NCBI GenBank assembly: GCA_041750285.1
Contig: JBGSZS010000004.1
Span: forward strand, 224,001 to 288,000
From: Candidatus Fermentibacteraceae bacterium
GTDB taxonomy: Bacteria > Fermentibacterota > Fermentibacteria > Fermentibacterales > JCC-6
Direction of reading: 5' to 3'
DNA: 64,000 nt
Positions 36,116 to 44,999 of the stretch are shown one piece after another. Within the stretch, counting starts at the first letter, position 1; each line of letters begins with the position of its first letter. A program made the translations under genes and the position numbers. A model generated the notes under the pieces. The model saw nothing but the letters and a program-made list of their open reading frames with translations. It did not search any database and was not told the origin of the DNA.

Positions 36116-37105
36116 ATGAAAATCGCCCTTGCCGGCTTTCCACGGTGCGGCCGTTCGACGCTGTTTCACGCCCTGGCGGGTTCATCCAGGGCAGACACGG
36201 CAAAACCCCTCACGGTAAGGGTGCCCGACCCGAGGGTCGATTTCCTTGCCGGTCACTGGCGCCCGAAAAGCGTTGTGAATGCAACGGTTTCCTTCAGTGA
36301 CCTGCCCTCCCCGGCGTTCGGGGCCAAGGGCATGGCCCTTCTGCGGGAAGCCTCGGCAGTGGTGCTGGTGCTTGACAACCACTCAACGGGAAACCTTGAG
36401 GAAAGCCTTCGCGGAGCCGAGGCGGAGCTCATCCTGGGAGACCTTGCGATACTGGAGAAGCGCCGGGACAGGCTGCGGAAGGAAAGCAAATCGGGCTCCA
36501 GGGAGTTCGTACTGATCGACAGGGCACTTGCCCTCCTGTCAGAGGAAGTGCCCCTCAGGAAGGCCGGGTTCTCAAAACAGGAGCGGACCGAACTCTCCCC
36601 CTACGCCCCCGCATCGCTTAAACCCCTGATGGTGGTTTCCAACCGCTCGGGCCCGGGAATCGGGGATGAAACCGCCGCCAGGGAGGCCGCCGAGGCCGCG
36701 GGGGCCGCCTTCCTCACGATCGATGCCGGTCTGGAACTCGAACTCTGCGAGCTGCCCGAGAGTGAGCGCTCCGAGTTCCTCTCGGACATGGGCTACAGCG
36801 ATTCGGGGCTTTCCCGGATAATCCGGTCGGCCTATTCCCTTCTGGACCTCGTGAGCTTCCTCACCATGGGGCCCGACGAGGTAAGGGCGTGGCCGATCCC
36901 AGCGGGAAGCACCGCGCTGGAAGCCGCCGGAACGATCCACTCCGACCTTGCCCGGGGGTTCATCAGGGCACAGGTGATCCCTTACGCCGTATTCCGTGAG
37001 ACTCCGGACGAGACGGCCCTGAAGAAAAAGGGCGCGGTGGGGCTGGAAGGAAAGGACTACGTCGTGAAGGATGGCGACATACTGGAGATCAGGTTTTCGG
37101 TCTAG
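36116..37105 (+). CDS. YchF/DUF933-family protein with degenerate G-domain
   Basis: VRVPDPRV, LKP, SFLTMGPDEVRAW, AGTIHSDLARGFIRA, GKDYVVKDGDI; P-loop reads GFPRCGRST. Confidence 0.8.
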   Translation: MKIALAGFPRCGRSTLFHALAGSSRADTAKPLTVRVPDPRVDFLAGHWRPKSVVNATVSFSDLPSPAFGAKGMALLREASAVVLVLDNHSTGNLEESLRGAEAELILGDLAILEKRRDRLRKESKSGSREFVLIDRALALLSEEVPLRKAGFSKQERTELSPYAPASLKPLMVVSNRSGPGIGDETAAREAAEAAGAAFLTIDAGLELELCELPESERSEFLSDMGYSDSGLSRIIRSAYSLLDLVSFLTMGPDEVRAWPIPAGSTALEAAGTIHSDLARGFIRAQVIPYAVFRETPDETALKKKGAVGLEGKDYVVKDGDILEIRFSV

Positions 37106-38000
37106 CTTCGTTGGTCCTGTTTATTATGCTGGCGACCTCGGCGGCGGCCAGAAAGATCACGCAGAGCCAGTAAACCCAGAGAAGCGTCGCCATGACCCCG
37201 ATGAACGACCCGTAGACGAACCCCCAGCTGGGTCTTGAGATCGACCACATGTAAAGGCTCGTCCCCGCTGCGGTGAATACCGTGCACGCAAGCGCGGTGG
37301 GTATGGCAAGCTTGAGCGGTATCCTCCTGTTGGGTCCGGCCCAGTACAGCAGGAAGAAGACCAGAAAAGCGAAGGTGAAGCTCAGCACCCTTCCCAGAAA
37401 GCCGGTAAGCGCCGGGCCTACCAGGGGTGTTCCCGAAATGATCCTCCCCGCGCCCGATTCGACGGCGACCCTCGCGCCAACAGTTGACAGGACCGCGAGC
37501 ATGAAGCAGATGGCGACCAGCATGGCCAGCACGAAATCGAAAAGCTTCCCGAGGACCATGTGCCTTCCGGGAGCGCTGAAGATCCGGTCGAGTGCGGTGC
37601 GTATGGTCCCGAACAGCCTGCTCACCATCCAGAGGAGTGTGAAGAACCCTATGAAGCCAACAGCCGTGCTCTGGTGCTGCACGGCATCCTGAAAGTCGAG
37701 GATGACGCTTTCCGCGATGAATGGCTTCAGTTCGGTCAGCCAGTTCAGAAAGCCTTCCCTGAGGGTGGAATCCCCCATGGCAACGCCGCTGCTGACCGCG
37801 AAGATGAGAACGGCCAGGGGAATGGCGGTAACGATGATGTTGAACGCCACCGCTGCGGCGCTGAAGTAGATGCCGTGATTGTCCCAGCTGTAGTAAAGGG
37901 TTCTGAAGAACCAGCGGAATCCGGTGGAAAATCCCCTCAACCCGCCCCGCAGATCACTCCACCGTGACGCTTTTGGCAAGGTTCCTCGGTTTGTCGACAT
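37089..38000 (-). CDS. YihY/virulence factor BrkB family membrane protein
   Basis: SAAAVAF...AIPL, LDRIF, LYWAGPN, VYGSF...LLWVYW...AAE. Confidence 0.85.
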   Translation of the reverse strand: MSTNRGTLPKASRWSDLRGGLRGFSTGFRWFFRTLYYSWDNHGIYFSAAAVAFNIIVTAIPLAVLIFAVSSGVAMGDSTLREGFLNWLTELKPFIAESVILDFQDAVQHQSTAVGFIGFFTLLWMVSRLFGTIRTALDRIFSAPGRHMVLGKLFDFVLAMLVAICFMLAVLSTVGARVAVESGAGRIISGTPLVGPALTGFLGRVLSFTFAFLVFFLLYWAGPNRRIPLKLAIPTALACTVFTAAGTSLYMWSISRPSWGFVYGSFIGVMATLLWVYWLCVIFLAAAEVASIINRTNEARPKT

Positions 38001-39789
38001 CACATCCCCTGGCCACAGCCACATAGTAGGCCAGAAGTTGCAGCGGGATCACGGTGAGAAGGGGTGTTAGCTGGTCGGCTACTGCCGGGACTTCGATCAC
38101 CCACTGGGCGTGACTGCGGATCTCGGTGTCCCCCTCGGTGGCGACCACCAGGATCCTGCCCCTTCTGGCCTTCACTTCCTGAATGTTGCTCATGATCTTG
38201 TCGTACGCCGCATCGCGGGCGGCGATCACAGCCACGGGCATCAGGTCGTCGATGAGGGCTATGGGGCCATGCTTCATCTCCGCGGCGGGATAGCCCTCGG
38301 CGTGTATGTAGCTTATCTCCTTGAGCTTGAGAGCACCCTCGAGGGCCACCGGATAGTTGACCCCCCTGCCCAGGTACAGGAAGTTGGAGGCGTAGGTAAA
38401 CTCACGGGCAAGGCTCTGGATCTCCCCCGCCCTCCCCAGAATGGTCTCGACCTTGTCCGGTACCTCACGGATGCTGTTCGCCAGTGAAAGCCCTTCCGCA
38501 AGGCTTATGCATCCCCTTGCCCTGCCCAGCGCCAGGCCGATCAGGGACAGGATCATCACCTGACTGGTGAAGGCCTTCGTGGATGCCACGCCTATCTCGG
38601 GTCCGGCGTGTATGTAAACACCCGCGCTTGTCTCCCGGGCTATGGTTGAACCCACCACATTCACGATGCCGTAGCAGGCCGCACCTTTCTCCCTTGCCAG
38701 TTTGAGGGCTGCGAGGGTGTCGGCCGTCTCCCCGCTCTGGCTTATGACGAGAACCACCGTTCCCTCGCCTATGACGGGATCACGGTAACGGAATTCGCTT
38801 GCGTACTCGACGTCGACGGGAATCCGCGCCATCGACTCGAGGACGTACTTGCCGATAAGTGCCGCGTGCCATGAGGTTCCGCAGGCAGTGATAATGATGC
38901 GCCTGATGCCCTGCATGTCTTCCGGGGTCATGTTGAGGCCGCCCAGGTGTGCGGTGCCCTCGGTCATGTCCAGCCTTCCCCTGAAGGCGTTCCTGAGGGA
39001 TTCGGGCTGGGAGTGTATCTCTTTCAGCATGTAGTGGGGAAACCCGTCCTTCTCGATCTCGGAGAGGTCCCAGTCCACATGGGTCATGCGGTCGCGGATC
39101 ATCCTGGGATCACTGCCGTGGCTGTGGACCCCCCTTGTCGTTATCTCGACGAGTTCACCCTCTTCAAGGTACACGACATCACGCGTGTGGGCAACTATGG
39201 CCGCCACATCGCTTGCAACGATGTTCTCGCCGTCGCCGATACCCACCACGAGCGGGCTGCCGTACCTGGCAGCCACGAGCGTGGATGGCTGGTCAGCGCT
39301 GACCACCGCTATCCCGTAGGCTCCCCGGACAATTGTGAGGGCTTTCTTGACGGCCGTGAGAAGGTCTCCCGAGGCCTTCATCTCGCGGCCGATCAGCTTG
39401 GTCAGCACCTCGGTGTCGGTTTCGGACTCGAACACCTCGCCCAGCGCTTCGAGCTTCACCTTCAGGCTCTTGTAGTTCTCGATGATTCCGTTGTGGACGA
39501 GCGCGATCCGGCCGGAGGAGTCGGTATGCGGATGTGCGTTCTCGGTCGAGGGCTCGCCGTGTGTCGCCCACCGGGTGTGGGCTATACCGGCGGTCGCTGC
39601 GGCGCCTTCGCCCGGGTCGAGCGCGGCCAGCTCGGAAACCCTGCCCACGCATTTCCTGATGACCAGGGAATCGTTGTACTGAAGGGCGTAACCGGCGGAA
39701 TCGTACCCCCGGTACTCAAGCCTTCTCAGGCCGCAGAGAAGGATGTCGAGCGCGGGCCTTGTGCCAACATATCCCACTATTCCGCACAT
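37954..39789 (-). CDS. glmS: Glutamine-fructose-6-phosphate transaminase
   Basis: MCGIVG, LEYRGYDSAG, HTRWATHG, HNGIIEN, SQSGETADT, VASTKAFT, EGALKLKE, DKPRNLAKSVTVE. Confidence 0.97.
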   Translation of the reverse strand: MCGIVGYVGTRPALDILLCGLRRLEYRGYDSAGYALQYNDSLVIRKCVGRVSELAALDPGEGAAATAGIAHTRWATHGEPSTENAHPHTDSSGRIALVHNGIIENYKSLKVKLEALGEVFESETDTEVLTKLIGREMKASGDLLTAVKKALTIVRGAYGIAVVSADQPSTLVAARYGSPLVVGIGDGENIVASDVAAIVAHTRDVVYLEEGELVEITTRGVHSHGSDPRMIRDRMTHVDWDLSEIEKDGFPHYMLKEIHSQPESLRNAFRGRLDMTEGTAHLGGLNMTPEDMQGIRRIIITACGTSWHAALIGKYVLESMARIPVDVEYASEFRYRDPVIGEGTVVLVISQSGETADTLAALKLAREKGAACYGIVNVVGSTIARETSAGVYIHAGPEIGVASTKAFTSQVMILSLIGLALGRARGCISLAEGLSLANSIREVPDKVETILGRAGEIQSLAREFTYASNFLYLGRGVNYPVALEGALKLKEISYIHAEGYPAAEMKHGPIALIDDLMPVAVIAARDAAYDKIMSNIQEVKARRGRILVVATEGDTEIRSHAQWVIEVPAVADQLTPLLTVIPLQLLAYYVAVARGCDVDKPRNLAKSVTVE

Positions 39790-41123
39790 GAGCACACCTT
39801 TCGGAAAAAGGCTGAACAGGCTTCCAGCGGCCCGGGGGTCGAGCTTTCGCCGATGAAGCGCACCGCCGGCTCCGTTCCGCTGGGTCTTATATGAAACCAG
39901 CCCCATTGCCTGCGGTACCATAACCCATCCCGGCAGTCGGTGGGGGGGCCGAACTCCTCTTCGAGAAGTCTGGCGATGCATGCGAAGTCACCTGAACGGG
40001 CAACCTTGGTCTTTATCGAAAAGAACCTTGGAAAGGTCTCCGCCCAGCCTGAAAGGGTCATCCCCGGGTTTTCCCTGAGGAACGACACCACCATTGCCAT
40101 GGCTACGGCGCTGTCCCTTCCGGGATGGCAGAGCGGGTAGATCACCCCGCCGTTGCCCTCGCCCCCAAGACCGGAACCCAGCCTTTCCATCTCCTCGACC
40201 ACGTTGACCTCTCCCACGGGGCATCGGTGCACTGTGCAGCCGTGACGGGCCGCGGCCTCTTCCGATAGCATCGAGGTGGAGAGGTTGATGACGACCGGTC
40301 CGGGGGTGTGGCGAAGGATGTGATCGAAAGCCAGTGCGAGGGTGTACTCCTCGCCTATCGGAACGCCCCGGTCCGCCACCAGGGCAAGCCTGTCACCGTC
40401 GGGGTCGAACCCGAAACCGGCGTCGGCGCCGGACTGCGCCACAGCCCGCGCAAGGTCGGACAGGCTGTCGACAGTGGGTTCGGCCACCCTGGGGAACTCG
40501 CCCCCAGTTGTCATGGTGGGGTTGATCATCGTCCACTCCACTCCCATGGCATCCATCAGGGCCGGACCGAGCGAGGCGGCGGTTCCCCCCGTCACGTCGA
40601 GAACGACCCGGAGAGGCCTTCCCACGGTTCTCACCAAAGGCAGTGAGACAACCCTGCCCACATGCCTTTCCACCGAGCCGGGAAGGACCTGCGGAATCCC
40701 GCAGGAGTCGAATCCCCTGAACTCCCTCTCCGCACCGAGAAGTGCCATGAGCCTCCCGCGGGAGGCGGCCCGGAGGAACACACCGTCGGGACCGACAAGC
40801 TTCAGGGCGTTCCAGCAGCCGGGATTGTGGCTGCTCGTGACGGCAATGCCCCCCGCGACACCGGATGCCATGGCCTCGAGCTGGACCGTCGGGGTTGGAA
40901 CGACACCGAGAAGCACCGGCGAGCATCCGACCGACATCAGGCCGGCGCAAACGGCGGCTTCGACTGCAGGTCCGCTCCGGCGGGTGTCACGGCCAACGAC
41001 GACGGGACCGGGACCCACGAGCTCACCGAAGGCTGCGGCGTAGCCCATGGCGTCAAAAACGGTGAAACTGCGGCCAAAGACACCGCGGATACCTGATCCG
41101 CTGACTATGGGATTCTCACGCAT
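39777..41123 (-). CDS. glmM: Phosphoglucosamine mutase / phosphohexomutase
   Basis: SGIRG, GRDTR.SG, PTP, TSSHNP phospho-Ser, FDPDGDR, GGEGNGG, IRPSGTEP; overlaps glmS start. Confidence 0.8.
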   Translation of the reverse strand: MRENPIVSGSGIRGVFGRSFTVFDAMGYAAAFGELVGPGPVVVGRDTRRSGPAVEAAVCAGLMSVGCSPVLLGVVPTPTVQLEAMASGVAGGIAVTSSHNPGCWNALKLVGPDGVFLRAASRGRLMALLGAEREFRGFDSCGIPQVLPGSVERHVGRVVSLPLVRTVGRPLRVVLDVTGGTAASLGPALMDAMGVEWTMINPTMTTGGEFPRVAEPTVDSLSDLARAVAQSGADAGFGFDPDGDRLALVADRGVPIGEEYTLALAFDHILRHTPGPVVINLSTSMLSEEAAARHGCTVHRCPVGEVNVVEEMERLGSGLGGEGNGGVIYPLCHPGRDSAVAMAMVVSFLRENPGMTLSGWAETFPRFFSIKTKVARSGDFACIARLLEEEFGPPTDCRDGLWYRRQWGWFHIRPSGTEPAVRFIGESSTPGPLEACSAFFRKVCSCAE

Positions 41124-41144
41124 GCGTTTCCTTCTGGGCGGGAA

Positions 41145-41220
41145 TGGAGCCGGCGAACGGAGTCGAACCGTTGACCTGCGCATTACGAGTGCGCTGCTCT
41201 GCCAACTGAGCTACGCCGGC
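41145..41220 (-). tRNA. tRNA-Thr(CGT)
   Basis: 76 nt GCCGGCGTAGCTCAGTTGGCAGAGCAGCGCACTCGTAATGCGCAGGTCAACGGTTCGACTCCGTTCGCCGGCTCCA; cloverleaf, anticodon loop CT-CGT-AA, encoded CCA. Confidence 0.97.
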
Positions 41221-41236
41221 CCCGAAAGGGTTCGTA

Positions 41237-41265
41237 ATTCTAAGCCGGAGGAGCCGACCGGTCAA
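41237..41265 (-). promoter_or_regulatory. Sigma70 promoter for tRNA-Thr
   Basis: TTGACC-N17-TAGAAT on - strand, 16 nt upstream of the mature tRNA 5' end. Confidence 0.75.
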
Positions 41266-41879
41266 CGCCAGACCGAGTTTCCGCCTCCGGCCAGGGATAC
41301 GGAAAGTCCGAGAAAGTACCCTTTGAACCCCAGATCGGTTTCGGCGGCCGGAAAGATGTAGCTGGTCTGTCCGTCGAGGATGACATTGTCGGTCTTCAGG
41401 TCCATCCATACGGAACGGTACTGAAGCCTGCAGGAGAGGGGACCCCACAGGGAGATCTCGCTTCCCGCGGTGAAACCGTACCCCACGCTCCCCCCCGAAG
41501 CTTCCATGAAGCTTCCGAAATCATCGGTTCCCGAGTAGTCCCCCCAGCAGCCCGAGACTCCGGGGCCGGCAAACACCGACAGCCCTTCGAGAGGGTTGAC
41601 CACTGCCACGGGAAACACCCACAGAAGAACGGCTTCGATCTCTCCGTCCCATCCCGGAACGCCTTCCTTCCTGAACCAGGCTCCGCCCAGGAAAAGGTCA
41701 ACGGGAAGGGGGGACGCCAGAGTGGCCTCTCCCCCGAGGGACAGCCCCGGGGTCTTGAACCTCTCCTGGTAGAATCCCTCGGAGGGATCGAGGCTGCCCG
41801 CAGCAGGGCCGAAGGAGACCTCAAGGCCGCCGGGAAGCCCGGATGAAAGTAGCAGAAGAAGCGCCGCCAGGCAGCTCAT
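41262..41879 (-). CDS. Outer-membrane beta-barrel-like protein
   Basis: Signal peptide; amphipathic beta strands (FAGPGVSG, GYGFTAGSEI, LQYR, GYFLGLSVSL). Confidence 0.6.
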   Translation of the reverse strand: MSCLAALLLLLSSGLPGGLEVSFGPAAGSLDPSEGFYQERFKTPGLSLGGEATLASPLPVDLFLGGAWFRKEGVPGWDGEIEAVLLWVFPVAVVNPLEGLSVFAGPGVSGCWGDYSGTDDFGSFMEASGGSVGYGFTAGSEISLWGPLSCRLQYRSVWMDLKTDNVILDGQTSYIFPAAETDLGFKGYFLGLSVSLAGGGNSVWR

Positions 41880-41921
41880 TGAAAGATCCTCCCGGTAGTT
41901 GTGAACCCGTTTCCGAAGCGG

Positions 41922-43157
41922 TCAGACTTCCCTCGGGTCCGTTATCACACCTGTCACTGCGGCCGCGGCCGCGGTCTCGGGGCCTGCCAGGCACACCCGG
42001 GTATCAGGGGTGTCCGGCACATCCCGCGAGCCCTCCCCCGATGTCGATATGCATGTCTCCCCGGGAGCAAGGACATCCGAACGCTGCGGAATGTCGTATC
42101 CGGGTGGAAGGACCGATGCCCCCGCGAGGACGAACTCTTCGATCAGCCCGTTGCGCAGAGCCTTCAGGTAGACGTCCCGGGATGCAGGACACACGAAGAG
42201 GCGCACCCCCGGTGCGGTCTTCCTGCCCCTCATGACGTCCGCGGCCGCCTGGAGGTCTTCGGTCCCACCGTTTTCGCTGAATCCGAGCAGGACCACGTCC
42301 ACGCGCCTGCCCGCGAGATCACCGACGGGCTGTGGATCGGTGCGGGAACCGGCAGGGGCTATCATGGGGGGGATCGAATCCAGGTCGTACCGCTCGACAC
42401 AGGCGAAGTCGGCGTCGGAATCGCTCCACAGCGCCCAGCGGCAGATGGAATGCGAACAAAGGAAGTCTTCGGTGGTGCCGTCGGCCGGAAAGACGGCGAT
42501 CGATGCGCCCAGGTCGGCACCCGCTCCCGCCAGGATCATCCGTTCGTAGATCCGAAGGCCGCTGATGGCGCTTCCGTGAAACTCCACGGCTTTGCCCGCC
42601 ACGCCGCGGGTGCCCGCGAGCACCGCCAGGGCAAGGTCACGGGCGCCCACCCTTTCCCGCAGCCCTCCCGTTAACTGTATGTCAACCGTTTCGGGCACCC
42701 TTGCCTTGATGGTACCGGTGTGCCATGCCTCTGCCGCTTCCTGGACGGTTATGCGAAAGGCGGCGCAGTTGAAGGCGCCATGGGTGCAGGTGCGTCGGTC
42801 GGTGCCGCCCAGGATGCTGCCCGGAAGCGCGAGGAAGCTCTCCGCCAGAACCTGCTGGCATGCCCCCGAACCGGGTTCGTACAGGTTTCTCACTCCCGTT
42901 GCCGAGGCAAACCGGCGTATCTCGCCGTGTTCGGACGCATCTGCGCCCACCGGAGGCACGGCGCCGTCCAGGACTATGAAAAGCCTCTCCGGGTGTTTCA
43001 CCGTTCCCTCGGGGTTGCCTGTCCTGAAAGCTTCGAGGACCCTTCCGGTATCGCTGCGGGTCACAAGGAGGTCGGGCTCGATGGAGACTTCATCCCCCTC
43101 GGATACGGGATGACCTGCGGCTCTTCCCAGTATTTTACGGGCAAAGGTCTCTCCCAT
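41922..43157 (-). CDS. LeuC/homoaconitase large-subunit-like protein lacking Fe-S cysteines (probable pseudo-enzyme)
   Basis: MGETFARKIL, CTHGAF, VPET, ARDLAL, VEFHG, ERM, PAS, LAGPETAAAAAVTGVITDPR scaffold; GSCTNG replaced by GFSENG and PGCxxC by PGYDIP. Confidence 0.8.
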   Translation of the reverse strand: MGETFARKILGRAAGHPVSEGDEVSIEPDLLVTRSDTGRVLEAFRTGNPEGTVKHPERLFIVLDGAVPPVGADASEHGEIRRFASATGVRNLYEPGSGACQQVLAESFLALPGSILGGTDRRTCTHGAFNCAAFRITVQEAAEAWHTGTIKARVPETVDIQLTGGLRERVGARDLALAVLAGTRGVAGKAVEFHGSAISGLRIYERMILAGAGADLGASIAVFPADGTTEDFLCSHSICRWALWSDSDADFACVERYDLDSIPPMIAPAGSRTDPQPVGDLAGRRVDVVLLGFSENGGTEDLQAAADVMRGRKTAPGVRLFVCPASRDVYLKALRNGLIEEFVLAGASVLPPGYDIPQRSDVLAPGETCISTSGEGSRDVPDTPDTRVCLAGPETAAAAAVTGVITDPREV

Positions 43158-43243
43158 GGCGATCCTTTCCGTGAAACGTGTCAACATGGATAGTATGAAG
43201 CCCGGTCAAGGTTCCTCGCAACCCGTCCCGGACCCCGGCGCAG

Positions 43244-43894
43244 TCACTCCCATGCTGGGATTTCGGAAAGACCTCGGGGGGAAAGCCCGTACACACCCCT
43301 CTCCCGCCTTTCGAACCAGCCGTACACGTTGCGGTACAGGATCGAAAGTGCATCGGGCATGGACAGGGCGCAGGAGACTGCTGAAGCCCGGGAAGGCCCG
43401 TTTTCCCTCAGGAAGAGGGCTGCTGAAAGGGCTTTTCTTCGATACATCGTCATTATGCCGCGGCGCCGGCTGCAGCCGCCGGTGTTGGGGTCGCCGGAAA
43501 GGGCGGCATGTTCACGGAGGAGCCGTCCCCTCTGTTTCCTGTTGTTTCGGGGTACGTAACGGCAGGGATCGAGTTCGGGCTGGACCGCTCCCGTGGACGG
43601 ATCGACCAGCAGCAGTCCAATACCGAGCATGCGCAGCAGCTTGGACACGCCGCGCCGGTCCGATTTCCAGAGGCCTGCCCAACTGGGCACCGCTATGTAA
43701 ACCCCGTCCGCCACGGCCAGCCTGTCAACGGCCTGCAGGATGAGGCGCAGGTTCAGAAGCAGCTTGAGCTCAACGGCCAGAACCATGCCGTCCCGCACGG
43801 CCAGAACGTCGCAGGGGCCCACTTCGCCCCTCACGGAGTACCCCTGGCCTTCCAGGAAGTCGCGGACAGGCCCGTAGAGATCGGTTTCCCTCAT
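43244..43894 (-). CDS. DUF2161 family putative PD-(D/E)XK phosphodiesterase
   Basis: MRETDLYGPVRDFLEGQGY.VRGEV..CD, VELKL, LQAVDR, GDPN.GG, MT.YR, IL..NVYGWFER..RGVY.L. Confidence 0.85.
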   Translation of the reverse strand: MRETDLYGPVRDFLEGQGYSVRGEVGPCDVLAVRDGMVLAVELKLLLNLRLILQAVDRLAVADGVYIAVPSWAGLWKSDRRGVSKLLRMLGIGLLLVDPSTGAVQPELDPCRYVPRNNRKQRGRLLREHAALSGDPNTGGCSRRRGIMTMYRRKALSAALFLRENGPSRASAVSCALSMPDALSILYRNVYGWFERRERGVYGLSPRGLSEIPAWE

Positions 43895-44049
43895 GCCGGT
43901 ATCCTACTGAACCCCGGGAACAATGCCACGGCGATCAAGGTAGATACAGTGCCGCGGGAGGGCCTTCGGCCGGTTTCTCGAGGATTAACGGCACGAACCC
44001 TTTGTGAGACCTTGTCCGGAGCCTGTTGCTCCGGGACTTGTACGACGGC

Positions 44050-44700
44050 TCACCCGCGGTTCCCCGCCGCCCTGAAGACACCCCAGAAAACCGGTATGGT
44101 GATACCTTCCGGAAGGGATTCCCCGCTTGCGCCGAGTTGCAGCCTCAGGAACTCCCCGTCCGGTTCCTCCCGGAGCGGACCGACCTCCCCAGTCTCCACG
44201 GCTTCATAACCCGCCGCTCTGAAAGCCTCCCCCATCACCGAGCCGAACATGGGGTCAAAGCCTTCCGCTTCAAGCGAGGCGGAGAGTTCGGACACCAGGG
44301 GGCAGCCTTCCGGGTCCTGGTAGGAGAACTCACCCGCGACTGCGTACAGACCGTCTTGGCCCAGGGCCCTTCCCACCCTTCTCAGATAGGTCACGGGGTC
44401 ACCCAGCTGGTAGAGGAAGAACGAGCTGATGTAGATATCGGCGGCGGGTGTGTACCTTGTCGCGTCGGCCCTTACGAAGGTGCAGCCCTCAGGCATCCCG
44501 GGCCTTTCCACTTTGTCGATGCAGGTGATCCGTGCCGGTGTTAGTGGAAGAAGCTCGCGTGAGAGAAGGCCGCTGCCGCAGCCTGGTTCCACTATGGCCG
44601 AAACCCTTCTAAGGGGAAGCAGCGAGTAGACATGGCGCCTTGTCGCACGAAGGTTAAGGAACTGACGCCGCAGAACGGAATCCGGTGTGCGGGGGCTCAT
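44050..44700 (-). CDS. Class I SAM-dependent methyltransferase
   Basis: IVEPGCGSG motif I, CIDK, ADA; ATGA overlap with ArsR stop. Confidence 0.7.
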   Translation of the reverse strand: MSPRTPDSVLRRQFLNLRATRRHVYSLLPLRRVSAIVEPGCGSGLLSRELLPLTPARITCIDKVERPGMPEGCTFVRADATRYTPAADIYISSFFLYQLGDPVTYLRRVGRALGQDGLYAVAGEFSYQDPEGCPLVSELSASLEAEGFDPMFGSVMGEAFRAAGYEAVETGEVGPLREEPDGEFLRLQLGASGESLPEGITIPVFWGVFRAAGNRG

Positions 44701-44999
44701 TCCCTTATATGCTCGAGCCCGAGGTCCAGAAGCTTCCGCACATGGTGGTCGGCCAGGCTGTAGTGGATGTGCCGGCCCTCCCGGCGTCTGCTGACCAGTC
44801 CCGCAAGCCTGAGCTTCTTCATCTGGTGTGACACCGCCGATACGGAAAGCCCCATTTCTGCCGCAAGTTCGCAGACGCACCGGCTTCCCGCATTGAGATG
44901 GAGAAGAATGGAAAGGCGGGTGGGGTCGGAGGCCTGGAAGAACAGGTCACCCATGGCTTCTATCTCCCTGAAGGTAACGCCCTCAGGAGTCGCAGCCAC
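44697..44999 (-). CDS. ArsR/SmtB family metal-sensing repressor
   Basis: DPTRLSIL, CVCELA, SAVSHQ, RREGR..YSL, alpha5 site DHHV...LEH. Confidence 0.92.
   Translation of the reverse strand: MAATPEGVTFREIEAMGDLFFQASDPTRLSILLHLNAGSRCVCELAAEMGLSVSAVSHQMKKLRLAGLVSRRREGRHIHYSLADHHVRKLLDLGLEHIRE

Noticed and set aside
39790..39981. Possible glmS ribozyme or N-terminal extension of GlmS
   Set aside because: The region is glmM coding sequence overlapping the glmS start; GlmS must begin Met-Cys
41145..41220. tRNA as an integration site for a genomic island
   Set aside because: No duplicated tRNA 3' end seen, no integrase, and housekeeping glmM follows immediately
43895..44049. Intergenic hairpin CCGGAGC-N5-GCTCCGG and possible ncRNA
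   Set aside because: Single short hairpin with no U-tract or recognisable family features
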